From Dictyostelium discoideum (Eukaryota), in the NCBI GenBank assembly GCA_000004695.1, contig CM000153.2, forward strand, positions 800,001 to 864,000: a stretch of DNA of 64,000 bases. The letters are read 5' to 3'. The position numbers and the translations under genes are program-made. This document shows, in pieces, positions 39,735 to 52,340 of the stretch. The notes under the pieces were generated by a model, which saw only the letters and a program-made list of their open reading frames with translations, was not told where the DNA came from and did no database searches. Every line of letters starts with the position of its first letter. The stretch's first letter is position 1.

Positions 39735-40142
39735 TGCTTTTTCATCACCATCTTCATTATTATTACTATTATTATTATTATTATTATTATATTTAGTTAA
39801 TTGAATTACTTGATAAACATATTGTCTATTTGAACAATATTCAATTAATGATTTAACAATTTCTTTTGGAATTAACTTGATTCTTTTTACATAAATATTC
39901 TAATGATTCTTTAAAATCTTTAAATTCCTCATCCCAATTATCAGCTTCTCTAGTTTCCATAATGGTTTCAAGTAAAACTTTAACAACCAATTTATCTTTT
40001 AATTCATTATCAATCAATGAATATAATGAAAGTTTTTCTTTTTTACTTGGTATGAATGTTGCTGCTTACAATGATGCTTCTGCATGCTGATAATGCTGCT
40101 TTATCTTCTCTATCTTTATTTGATTTTTCTTCTTCAATCTCT

Positions 40143-43100
40143 TTAATTGATTCTTCTTTTGGATTTATTACTATCTAACAACTCCCACCTATTATTATTA
40201 TTATTATTGGTGGTGGTTGATGATGGTGCACCAAAGTCTAAACCATAATTATTTGAAGATGATGATTGACTTGGTGTATTGAAATCTAATCCCATATAAT
40301 TTGATGATGAATTTTCTGGTTTTGATGGTGTACTACCAAAGTCTAAACCATAATTATTTGAATTTGATGATGATGATTGAGTTGGTGTATTGAAATCTAG
40401 TCCCATATAAGATGAAGAAGTCGATGGTTTTGATGGTGTACTACCAAAATCTAATCCTAAATCATTTGAATTTGATTGAGTTGGTGTATTGAAATCTAGT
40501 CCCATATAAGATGATGAAGTTGGTTTTGATGGTGCACTACCAAAATCTAAACCTAAATCATTTGAAGGTTTACTAAAGAAACCACTACTACTACCGCCTC
40601 CACCACCAAAATCTAAACCCAAATCATATGACGGTTTATTAAAGAAACCACTACCACCGCCACCACCACCAAAATCTAAACCTAAATCATTTGATTTTTG
40701 TTTTTCTTTTTCTAATCTTTCTTTTTCTTTTTCTTTTTCTTGTTGTTGTTGTTTTAATTTTTCTAATTTTTCAACTTCTTGACGTTCTTGATTATCAGTT
40801 AAAATGGTTGGATGAGATGCTTCTAATCTTTCAATATTTTCAAGTGCTAATAATGAACAACCACTATTGAAATAAGAGTAAGAACTAGTTCTTAAGAATT
40901 CATCTTCTTTCTTTTTATCCTCTGATAATTGACGTAATTGAACATGATTCTTTAAGAAACGGAAGAAATATAAAATGGAAGGACCTAATTGAGAAGCACG
41001 TAATTGTTGAGAGATTGGTGATACCACTTGAGTGGTTAAGGTTGTACCTGTAGCATTTGAGTAATTTGTACCAGTGGTTGATCTATTAATTGGTGATGAT
41101 ACCATTGAATTACGACTAGACATACCAATTGGTGTTGAATTACCAGAAACACCTAAACTATAACCACCACCACCACCACCACGTTGATTGTTATCATCTT
41201 CATCAAGTTTTCTATCACCATCTATTGAAACTGATGGTATTAAACATGTTATAGCATCTTCATACTTTTTCAATAACCAATTACAAATACTTAATAAACT
41301 ACGATCATTAGTTTTCTTTGCAAGTGGTATGATATGATCTTCAATGATCATACGTGAACATTCGCCATTCTCACCTTCATACAATCTTGAGATAACCAAT
41401 GCCAATTGGAAATCACCTTGCATTTGTAATAAAAGATTTACAGCTTTCTTTAATTGACCTGCTAAAAGGAATAATGAAGCAGCCAATTCATATTTATGTT
41501 TACTTTGTAAAAGGAATGCACTTTTATTTGCAGCAGTGATCCATTTAGCTTGAGTGAAATCTTGTGAAAGGAATTCAACTTGTTTTATATCTTTTGAAGC
41601 TTTATGCAATGCAACCAACGCACCTTTTTTACCCAATGCTAAATAATACAATGAACATTCTCTTGGGTCTCTTCTTTGAATGTAGGTTGTCTTTGCCAAC
41701 TTTTCCACTACATTTATCAAGGTACTTGGCGATTTAATCCACAAACCAGCACCAATTTGTTTTAAAGCATCCCAATCTGGATCGGTTGGGAAACAAGTTG
41801 AAAGAATAGTTTCTTGTGCCTCTGAATGTAACGCCCAAAGAATATCGGTTGTACTCAATGAGATTGGACGATCTTGTGGTGGTAATGATCTACGTAAAAA
41901 TTGGAATACCTTTGCTGACAATATGAAACGTGAACCATTCTCATCGAGACCACCTCTCATTTCACCAATTTCACCATAGGTATCGGTAACTGCTAACAAT
42001 TGAATTTGTTCACTACTTGAAAGATTACCCAATTTAATTGATGATAAAATTTCACTTAATTTTCTTGCTTGTCTTTTTGTAAATTTATTTGAATTTTCTA
42101 ATTCATCCCTATCACTATCGTCGTCGTCGTCGTCGTCATCGTCATCATCTTTATTACGATCATTACGATCATTATGATTATTCTTATCAATTGAATTCAT
42201 TCTATCCATATCATCAGAAGTACCAGTTTTCTTTGATTTTGAATTTGTAAATTCATCGAAATGAATAATCTCTTCAATTGATAATGGTGGTATGAAAACT
42301 GGTGATTTTGGTAAATCATTTAAATCATCATATTTTTCGAAAAGGAATTGACAAACATGTTTTAAGATCTTTTCAACAACACCAAATTTACCAGCCATCA
42401 TGTATTCAGTTAAGAATTTTGGATGATACATTGGTAAAGGACGTTGAAGTTCAGAATGTTGATGATAAATTGAATTCAATTTGGTATTGTAATCATGACC
42501 AACCGTTTGAAATTGTGATAATGCTAAGTTGTCATTGATGTTGTTAAGTTTTGACCATTTTGTAAACACCATAATTTGATTACCAGCACTAACATACAAT
42601 GATAGATCTTTACCCCATTCTAAGCTACTACATGGCGAGGTTAAATCATCATAGTTATGAGTTTGAACCCATGGTCTCTTATAACTACCAATCACTCTAT
42701 CCACTGGTTTATTTAAGATTTTCACTTGGTTACCATACCCAAATGCAACTGAATAGCTACCATCATCTAAACTAACAAAACTAAAACAACAACTAATAAT
42801 ATCCTCATGTGCCAATGACGATGATGATGCCGCTAATGCCGTTCCGACACCAACATTGTTTGTACTGGCTTTCAATAAAATTGTAGTTGTAAGTGGCGGT
42901 GATTTAAATGCACCAATTCCTGAAGTTGGTGATGTTATTATAACTTGTGGTGTATTTAATGGTGTAGCAATTGCTGTTGTTGTTGTTGTTGTTGTTGTTG
43001 TTATTGCTTGTGGTATTTCACTATCTATATAAAATTTAATGGTATCTTCTAAACGTAACTTTGGTGTATGTGATTCTAATTCCCAAATATGAATTTCTGG

Positions 43101-46100
43101 ATTTGGATTAGTAGAGAATGCTTTTGATGCAAATCTACCAAAATAAGCTGCTTTAACTGATTCAACTGGTTGTTGATATGCATGATAACCACCCATTTCA
43201 CCAATTGTCCAATCTTCGAATTTGATCTCTTCTTCACTATCACCACCCTTTACAAATGATATTTTTGGTGTTATACCAAATACTGATACATAACCATCAA
43301 TACTACCAGTAATACAAATTGGATGTGTTAAAACTACTCTATCTTCATTATTGTACTTTTCATTATTATTATTATTATTATTATCGTCATTATTATCGTC
43401 ATCATCATTATCACTAAAATCTTCATTTTGATTTTTATTCATTTTATTAATAGTTGTCATATCGAAAATACCTTTTGGTGCAGCACAAATACAAGAAATT
43501 CTTGAATCCCTTTCAAATTCTTTTGTTGCTAATAATTTTGATTTTAAAATTGATGGAGAGGATGATGAAGAATATTTGAAATCCTTTTCAACACTAACAC
43601 CCCAAACATATAATTTATCTGAATGTTTATTCAAACCAATTAAAAAGAATTGGTATGGTAATAAAACACTACTTTCACCACCACCACCACCATTACGTCT
43701 ACTGCTGTCGTTATTAACTTTATTCTTATCAAAATCCATTGAATTATAATGATAAATTAAATTTAATGGATCAACTATATGAACTTCATCAATCCAATCA
43801 TCCTCTAATGTTGATTCTTCAATCATACCAATTGATAACAATGATGATTTAACATAATTCTCTTGACTAATCTCTATATAATATACAAATATACCATCTC
43901 TATTTGAAAAGAAACAAAACTTTTGATTTGGTGACCATGTCATTGAATAATATGATGGAAATGATCCAATATCAATTAAATAATTTGGTGATTGAATTTT
44001 CTATAATAACAATAACAATAATAATAATCGAAAAATTAATAAATATTAAATTTAAAAATATTTGTTTTTAAATATAAACTTACACTTGAATCTGTTGAAT
44101 TCCAAATAATAACATTATTTTGATAATCTAAAGATGAAAGATATGGTGAATTTTTAGATGCTGCCAACTTTTTAATTGTACTTTTATGACCATAACATCT
44201 AGATACTGGTGATGCATTTGTACTATTATTATTATTATATGTACATATAATAATAAAAAAGAAAAAAAGTATTAGAATATATGTATATATATATATATAT
44301 TTATATTTTCATTTAAAAAAAAAAGATAAACATTACATTTGAGTTTGATTTTGATTTTGAATATAAAATCTTCTTGAAGAGATTGCACCATTAAAAGAGT
44401 TAAAACAAACTTTAATTGAACCAGGAGTATTATCAGTCAATGACATTGGTTGATATAATGAGATGATTCTATTTGGACCAATTTCTTGTGGTGATAAAAT
44501 TTGACTATTAATCCAAATTGATAATGATGAAGTTTGCTTTGTCATTGAATCATCTGTTCTTAATTTCCACAACACTAAAGAACCATCCAATTTAATAACA
44601 ATAATCCAATCAACTATTTGTTTAGTTTTTGCTAAAGAATCTTTTTGTCTTAATAAAATTGGATTTGTTAAATGTAATTTAAAATCATGACTTCTTAAAT
44701 ATGAATTTGAATCATCTGTTGAATTATTATTATTATTACTATTACTATTTAATGATGTACCTGTAGTTCCACTTGAAGATTTTGATAATTTACCACCACT
44801 AAAACCACCACCTGCATTATTATTATTATTACTATTACTATTATTTTTTTCATCATTTATATTATTATCTTCATTATTTTTATTAAATATATCAAATTTA
44901 TCTTCATTTTGAGAATAAACCCAATCAACAATATCAGAACCTGATGGTATAATACTTGAAACATTAAATTGTAATCTTCTAGATTGTGGTGATTGTTGCC
45001 ATAAACGGACAACACCATCTTTGCAATTTGTTAATAAGATATTATGAGTTGAAGTTTTTCTATTTCTCCAAGAAATCCAAGTGATTGAACGTGGATGTGG
45101 TAAATAAATGAAACCATAGGTTTCACCTTCAAATTTTTTATTTTTCTGCTTATTGAAAATCTCTTTCAATTGATTCAATTGTTTTTGTAATTCTTCAATT
45201 GATTGTTCTTCTTTTTGTGGTTGTTGTTGTTGCTGTTGTTGTTCTTTATTTTTATTAGCATCACCACCTTTTTCTCTTTCTTTTTCTTTTTGTAATTTAT
45301 CTCTTTTATTTAATTCAGTATTGATATCGTTTGAATCTTCACCAGTGCCAATGCCACCACTACTAACCACCTCGTCAAAACCAATTTTATTTGCTTTATA
45401 GATTGGGCCTTTGTTGGTGAGTTTATTGAATTGCTCTTTGTATGCACCTTTTCTGTTCTTTTGTTTGGCCAATTCCTCACGTTGTAATAGTAATGATAAT
45501 TGTTCTTGTTGTAATTTAATTTGTTGCTCCTCTGCCAATAGCTTTGCTTTTGATTTCTTTTGAAGGAACCAAACCTTAATTAAACGATCAAATTTACCAC
45601 AAGTTGCAAAGAATGAACCATCGGGTGAACATGATAAATTATTAATTGGACTTGAACTATCAGTTTTCCAAACGATTTGTGCTTGCTTATTAAATAATTT
45701 TTGTTCTTTTATTCTTTGATCTTGTAAAAACTTTTCATTATTAACTCTAACTTGTGTATTATTATTCAATGCACTCGTTGTTGGTGTATTATTACCGCTA
45801 CTATTTAAATTGATTTTATTAGTCGTTGTTGTTGAACTAAATTCTTGATCTAAACTATTATTTTTACCAAATGACGATGACGATGTTGAATTTGGTGATG
45901 ATGTTGAATTATAATTATAATTATTATTGGCAGAACTACTACCACTACCACTACTAACACCACCACCATTATTAATTTGATAATTTTTCATAATGGTTTG
46001 TTGATCTAATTTCCATTTTACAATTTGTGAATGACCACCAACAATAAAAGAATTTGATTGTAACCATGATAAAGCTGTAATTTCAAATTGACTTGGTATT

Positions 46101-46384
46101 GTGAATACGTGTTCCCATAATCCTCTTTCTTTATTTAAAACGTATAAAAAGATTTCATGTGATGATGATGTTAATAACTTTGTATCGTTTGATAACCATG
46201 ATACGCATGTAACATCACTTTGATGTCCTGTTAAAACTTGAATAACTTTCAATGAAACTCCTTTCAATATATAAACATTTGATCCTGATGAATAGGAATA
46301 ATAAACATCATCTTCATAAATTGTATATGTAAATGTTAAAGGATTAGAGTTTGCTGACCCTGTTATAATTTGACTGGGTTTCAT
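40143..46384 (-). CDS. DmX-like / rabconnectin-3 alpha / Rav1-family WD40 protein (V-ATPase RAVE-type regulator), N-terminal and central parts, >=3 exons
   Basis: Exons are 44337-46384 (MKPSQIITGSANSNP...; compare human DMXL MNLHQVLTGAVNPGD, ...FFATCGKFDRLIKVWF, GFIYLPHPRSITWISWRNRKT...LLTNCKDGVVRLWQ; donor GTAATG), 44084-44222 (TNASPVSRCYGHKSTIKK...YQNNVIIWNSTDSS, donor GTAAGT) and 40143-44000 (KIQSPNYLIDIGSFPSYYSMTWSPNQKF...; ends with a 10x GLDF repeat array and a stop at 40143). Confidence 0.7.
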
Positions 46385-46582
46385 TTTTTTTTTTTTTTTT
46401 TTTTTTTTTTTATTCTATAGAATAAAATAAATAAATAAAAAATAAATTGGGTTTTAAAAAAAAAAAAAAAAAAAAAATGAATAAAAAAAAAAAAAAAAAT
46501 CTTTATCCTTTAATTTTCTTTTAAAAATGTATCTTTTGGAGTGAACTTTGATGATTTTTTTAATTTATAAAAAAAAAAATAA

Positions 46583-46615
<33 letters not shown>

Positions 46616-47463
46616 ACTTTTAAAAAAATTAAAAAAAAAATTAAAAAAAAATAATTCACCAGTGTTTTCAAATTTTCAATTTTTTTTTTTTTTTTTTTTA
46701 TTTTTTTTTTAATAATTTTACACAAAAATGGAAATTCAATAAAAATTAAACAATGGAATTTAAATAATTTTTTTTAAAAAAAAAAAAAATATAATTAATT
46801 CAATCAGACAATCAATTGTCCAATTATAATTAATTTTTTAAAAATTTTATTTAAATGCACGTAAGTTTATCAATTTTGGAAAAAAAAAAAACTCAATTTT
46901 TAAAATATATGTAATGTTGAAATAAAAAAAAAAAAAAAAAAAAGGTCCAACTCGAATCCCACTATTATAGATTAAAAAAATAAAAAAATAATAAAAAAAA
47001 TTTCCAAATTTGGAAAAAATAGAAATAAAAAAGTAAACAAGTAATCTTTCCAGAAAATTAAAAAATGAATGAACCAACTTAGAAAAATCCAAGAACTGGT
47101 TAACAGTATCATTTTGATATAGTATAGGGTTGTATATTTGTGTTACATATATATATATATATATATATATATCTCTCCCCTTTAATATTTATTGGTTAAT
47201 ATTAAATTTAAAACATAAAATAAATATTTCCAGAAAAACTAAAAAATAAAAAAAAAATTTTAAAATGGAGGAGTCTCCAAGTTCAAAAAATTTTTATTTT
47301 TTTTTTATAATTTTTTTTATTTTATTTTTTTTTATATTTTTTTTTATTTTTTTTTCAAAATGAGTGCGGTTTTTTCAATTTTTTTTTTTTTTTTTTTTTT
47401 TTTCTTCTTTAGTTCCCCTTTTCTCAATCATCAACTAAATCAATAATAAACAATTAATCAAAA

Positions 47464-49687
47464 ATGACAATCTTTGATAGCGACGAAGAAGAGTTAGTTA
47501 CTAGTATGTGTATATTTATATAATAAACTATTTTTTTTTTTTTTTTTTTTTTTTTTATAAAAAATGCATAAATACTAACATCTTTTTTTTTTTTTTTTAA
47601 ATTTTTTTAATGTGTGAAGCTCTCAGTGATTTCGAACCACCAGTTCAAATTGATACTTCATTCAATAAATTTATTGTAGTTGATAATATTCCAGTTGCAC
47701 CAGAGGCAAAACACGAGAAATTGAAATCTATTTTAGTTAAAATCTATCAAAATAGACCAGGTGCTGAAGTTGTTGGTATTCATTTAGCATTAGATGCTCA
47801 AAGAAATACTAAAGGGTAAAAAAAAAAAAAATAATAATAATAATATAAATAATTTATAATACATTATAACTAATTAAATATAATCAATCATAATCAATTT
47901 ATATATTTAGTTTTGCATTTATTGAATATTCAAAAAAAGAATCAGCAATTGATGCAGCAACTTCATTAAATAATTATCCATTAGATAAATCACATACATT
48001 AAAAGTTAATTTATTAGATGATTTTAGCAAATTTGCCAATTTTGAAGAAACTTATAAACCACCAACTAGAGAAGATTTTAAACCAAAACCAAATTACAAT
48101 CAATGGTTATCAGATCCAAAAGCATTGAAAGGTTATGACCAATTTGTAACACGTTATGGTGATTATACAGATATTTGTTGGAATGAGATGCATGTTGGTA
48201 AACCAATGGTAGAGAAATCATCGGTTTCATTGACCTCATCATACGTTCAATGGTCAAACACTGGTAGTTATTTAGTTACATTCCACCCAGACGGCATTGC
48301 TTTGTATGGTGGTAAAGATTGGATTCAAGTGAATCTTTTCGAACATCGTGGTGTTCAATTGGTAGATTTCTCACCAGAGGATAAATATTTGATTACATTT
48401 GCACCAATTGCATCCGATAATCCAAACTCACCAAAATCCATCGTAGTATGGGATGTACGTAGTGGCAAGAAGTTGAGATCATTCTTGGCCCCACCAAAGG
48501 AGCAATTCACATGGCCAGCCTTCCAATGGTCCGCCAAGGATAAATACATTGCACGTATCGAACAGTTGGAGAAGGGTATCAACATCTATGAAACTCCATC
48601 AATGAATCTTTTAGATGATAAAATTTTCGAAGTCAAAGGTATCAAAGATTTCAGTTGGTCACCAACCGATTTATCATTGGCCTACTTTGTACCAGCAAAT
48701 GATCCATTACCAGCAAAGATCTGTCTCGTTGAGATGCCATCCAAGAAACTCCTCGCCGAAAAGAGTATTTGGGGTGCCACCGACGCCCGTTTCCATTGGC
48801 AAAATGAAGGTGCTTATCTTTGTGTAAAGACCGATAAAGTTGCCACTGGTAAGACCAAAAAAGAAAAGATTCCAACCACTAGCTTTGAACTCTTCCGTAC
48901 TCATGAACCAAACGTACCAATTGAATCCTTTGAAATTCAATACGCAATCAAAGCCTTCTCTTGGGAACCAAGAGGCAAGAGAATTTGTATCATTCATGGT
49001 GAATTCAAGATGAACATGTTTGTTAGTTTCTTTGAAGTTCAAAAAACAAGTGTTAAACTCATTAGTAAATTAGAGAATCGTAAATTGAATACCATCTTTT
49101 GGTCACCACGTGGTACTTTGGTATTATTGGCCAATTTGGGTGACACTGGTGAATTGGAATTCTACAACACTCAAGACTGTGAATCCTATGGCACTCAAGA
49201 ACATCTCCAATGTACTGGTGTCGATTGGAATCCATCTGGTCGTTATGTTACCACCTTTGTTAGTCATTGGAAGGTTCAAACCGATACTGGTTTCAACATT
49301 TGGTCATTCAATGGTGATCTCGTCTACTCTGTACTCAAGGATCGTTTCTTCCAATTCAATTGGCGTCCAAGACCAAAATTCATGCTCACCAATAAAGAAA
49401 TCAATCAAATCAAACAAAACATCAAAAAATATCAAGAGAAATTCGATAAACAAGATGAAGATGATAATAAAGCCATTCAACATATTGAACAAACTCGTCT
49501 TGATAATTTAATGAAAGAATTTTTATCTTTCCTTCAAAAAGGTGAACAAGAATATCAAGCACTCGAACCAACTAGAAAACAACTTGGTTCTTATGAAGAT
49601 ATTGATCCAAATGATATCTATGAATCAATTGAAACAATTGAAGAACTTATTGATATTAAAACTATTGTTTTAAAGAAAATAAATTAA
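47464..49687 (+). CDS. eif3B: Eukaryotic translation initiation factor 3 subunit B (eIF3b/PRT1; RRM + WD40 propeller), 3 exons, ~671 aa
   Basis: Exons are 47464-47503 (MTIFDSDEEELVT, donor GTATGT), about 47620-47815 (T LSDFEPPVQIDTSFNKFIVVDNIPVAPEAKHEKLKSILVKIY...RNTKG, donor GTAAAA; the acceptor choice is +/- a few nt) and 47911-49687 (FAFIEYSKKESAIDAATSLNNYPLDKSHTLKVNLLDDFSKF...). It parallels human eIF3b: FSKFVVVDGLPV...KGYIFLEYASPAHA...LDKQHTFRVNLF. Confidence 0.85.
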
Positions 49688-49933
49688 ATTTAAAATAAAA
49701 TAATAAAAAAAAAAAAAAAAAAAAAAAATTAAATTAATAAATTTAAAAAAAAAAAAAAAATAGATAGTTTTTTTTAGAAAATAATATAAAAAAAAAAAAA
49801 AAAAAAAAACATATCAAAATCAAAATGGTGATCAAAAAAAAAAAAAAAAAAAGATATTTTTAGAAAAAAAAAAATAATTTTTTTTTTATGTGGTTTTTTT
49901 TTTCAAAATTTTAATTTTTAATTTTTTTTTTTT

Positions 49934-50518
49934 TTATAATAAATTACAAGATTTCTTTTTTTTAATTGGTTGATCAGTATTTTGTTCTTGAGAATTTGAA
50001 TGTTGATTTGATTGACGAGCTTTTTTAACTTCTCTAACAAGTTCATAAAAAGATTCAGAAACATTGATTCTTTCTTTGGCAGAGGTTTCCAAGAATTTAC
50101 AGTTTAACTTCTTTGCCAATTCTTCACCTTCGGCGGTTGAAACTTCACGATATTCATTGAGATCACATTTATTTCCTACCAATACGAATGGTACTGAATC
50201 TAAATCTTTTACTTTCAAAAGATGATTATGTAAACGATGAATCTCTTTAAAACTTTGAAGATATGTAATTGAGTAAACGCATAGAAATCCCTCACCTGTA
50301 CGCATATATTGATCCCTAACCGCACTGAAATCTTCTTGACCTGCGGTATCATAAATATCTAATAAACACTCCTCTCCATCAACTGTTGTTTGCTTTCTAT
50401 ATGAATCTTCTAATGTTGGATCATATTCATCCACAAATTTTTGTGCAATAAATTGAATTGTTAAACATGATTTACCAACACCACCTGGTCCAACTAATAC
50501 TAATTTAAAATTAAACAT
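49934..50518 (-). CDS. Ras-subfamily GTPase with C-terminal CAAX box (CNLL), single exon, 194 aa. It is closest in feel to Dictyostelium RasS/RasB-type proteins
   Basis: [43 protein letters not shown]...[28 protein letters not shown]...LVGNKCDL...ETSAK...polybasic KKKKSCNLL. The P-loop is GPGGVGKS, with Pro at the Ala11-equivalent position. Confidence 0.85.
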   Translation of the reverse strand: MFNFKLVLVGPGGVGKSCLTIQFIAQKFVDEYDPTLEDSYRKQTTVDGEECLLDIYDTAGQEDFSAVRDQYMRTGEGFLCVYSITYLQSFKEIHRLHNHLLKVKDLDSVPFVLVGNKCDLNEYREVSTAEGEELAKKLNCKFLETSAKERINVSESFYELVREVKKARQSNQHSNSQEQNTDQPIKKKKSCNLL

Positions 50519-50523
50519 TGTTT

Positions 50524-50554
<31 letters not shown>

Positions 50555-50558
50555 GAAT

Positions 50559-50595
<37 letters not shown>

Positions 50596-51050
50596 AAAAA
50601 AATTAAAAAATTTATATATGATACAAGTTTAAACTATTATTATTCGATATATAATAGTTGTAGTAGTGTTTAGGTAATGTGATTTAATTATTAACAGTAA
50701 TTTTGATTATATACTGTGATGATATTAATATGGTTTTTTTGTTTTTTTTTTTTCTGGAGGTGATTTGAATTCAAATAAAAAGTAAATAAATAAAAAAAAT
50801 AAAAAAAATAAAAAAAACAAAAAAAAAAATAAAAAAAATTAAAAAAAAAAAAAAATTTTATCAAAAAAAAAAAAAAAAATTTAAAAAAAAAAATAAAAAA
50901 ATAAAAAAATAATAAAAATTTTATCAAAAAAAAAAAAAATTAAAAAAAATATATTGTTGTGGTGAGGAGTTTTGTTTTGATTGCTTAAACTTTTGGTGGT
51001 TAGATAAAGAGATAGATAGATAGAGTCGGTTATATCTAGATTTCAATATG

Positions 51051-51114
<64 letters not shown>

Positions 51115-51124
51115 AAAAATTTAA

Positions 51125-51176
<52 letters not shown>

Positions 51177-51319
51177 GTATGAAAAATTATTATTATTATT
51201 TTTCATACTTTTTATTATTTTATTATTTTATTTTTTAAATTTTTTTTTATTTTTTATTTTTTTTAATTTACAGTTTTATTTTATTTTTTAATTAATATAT
51301 ATGTGTGAGATAAAAATAG

Positions 51320-51361
<42 letters not shown>

Positions 51362-51424
51362 GGTTTTTTTTTTTGTATATATGAATTGAAATTATTTTGA
51401 GAGATATATATATTTATATTTATA

Positions 51425-51742
51425 TTAATGGGCTTTATTTGAAGAAGTGGAAATTAGAGCGGCATTTAAAAGTGGTTGTTGTTGGAAATAATCATTATCA
51501 CCCATTGAATTGCCAAGTGCCCAATCAGCAGAATCAAAAAATTTTCTTCCATGTATTCTTTGATTCATTAACCCTTTCTTTTGTAAACCAGAATATTTTG
51601 GATTTGTTGGAGGTGGGGTTAAATGATTATCATTTTTATTAATTGAAATAATTGTATTTATAGTATTATTTGTTGAAGTTGTATTTGTAGTAGTAGTGTT
51701 ATTACTATTATTTGAATCGTTATTTAATTCTAATTTTGACAT
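51425..51742 (-). CDS. Endosulfine/ARPP-19 family protein (Greatwall kinase substrate, PP2A-B55 inhibitor), 105 aa
   Basis: Contains the family core ...KYSGLQKKGLMNQRIHGRKFFDSADWALG..., matching (KYFDSGDYNMAK) with the phospho-Ser in an FDS[GA]D[YW] context. The N-terminus is Asn/Thr-rich and low-complexity. Confidence 0.7.
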   Translation of the reverse strand: MSKLELNNDSNNSNNTTTTNTTSTNNTINTIISINKNDNHLTPPPTNPKYSGLQKKGLMNQRIHGRKFFDSADWALGNSMGDNDYFQQQPLLNAALISTSSNKAH

Positions 51743-52288
51743 TTTTTTTTTTTAATATAATAATTTGAATATTTGAAAGGTTGGAATCGGAATTTATAGT
51801 TAAAATTTAAATTATTTATTTTTTTTTTTTATAAAAGTACAGTTAAAGTTATTGTATATTTGTTTTTGAAGAGGTGAATTATATAGTTATTGTAATATAT
51901 ATATGTATTATATAAAGGTTTTTTTTTTTTTTTTTTTTTTTGAATTGAATTGAATTGAATTAATTTTTTTTAATAAATAAAATATTGTACAGAATTTAAA
52001 AGGCTGAAAAAAGAAAAAAAAAAAAAATAAAAAATGAATATTAGAATTTTGAGTTTAAAATTATTATTATTGGGTTATTATTATTTGTTTAAAAGAATGA
52101 AAAAATTTTTGTTTGAATTGCTTTTTAAATTTATAAATTTTTTTTTTTTTTTCTTTAAATTAAATTTAAAATATTAATATTTACAATACACGTTGGCAAT
52201 ATTCGGTGTAAAAAATAAAAATACCACAAAAAAACATAAAAATTTAAATTTTTATATATATGTGTGGGTATTTTAAGACAACAAATTT

Positions 52289-52340
52289 TGTGTGTGTATG
52301 TGTGTGTATATGTGTGTGTGTGTGTTTGTTTATGTGTATT
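52289..52340. repeat. (GT)n / GT-rich microsatellite in an otherwise AT-rich intergenic region
   Basis: tgtgtgtgtatgtgtgtgtatatgtgtgtgtgtgtgtttgtttatgtgtatt. Confidence 0.8.

Noticed and set aside
48355-49511. Minus-strand and alternative-frame ORFs inside eIF3b (48355-48585-, 48615-48827+, 48651-48875-, 48707-49042-, 49110-49511+, 49304-49492-)
   Set aside because: They are nested in the well-supported eIF3b exon 3 and none has conserved features.
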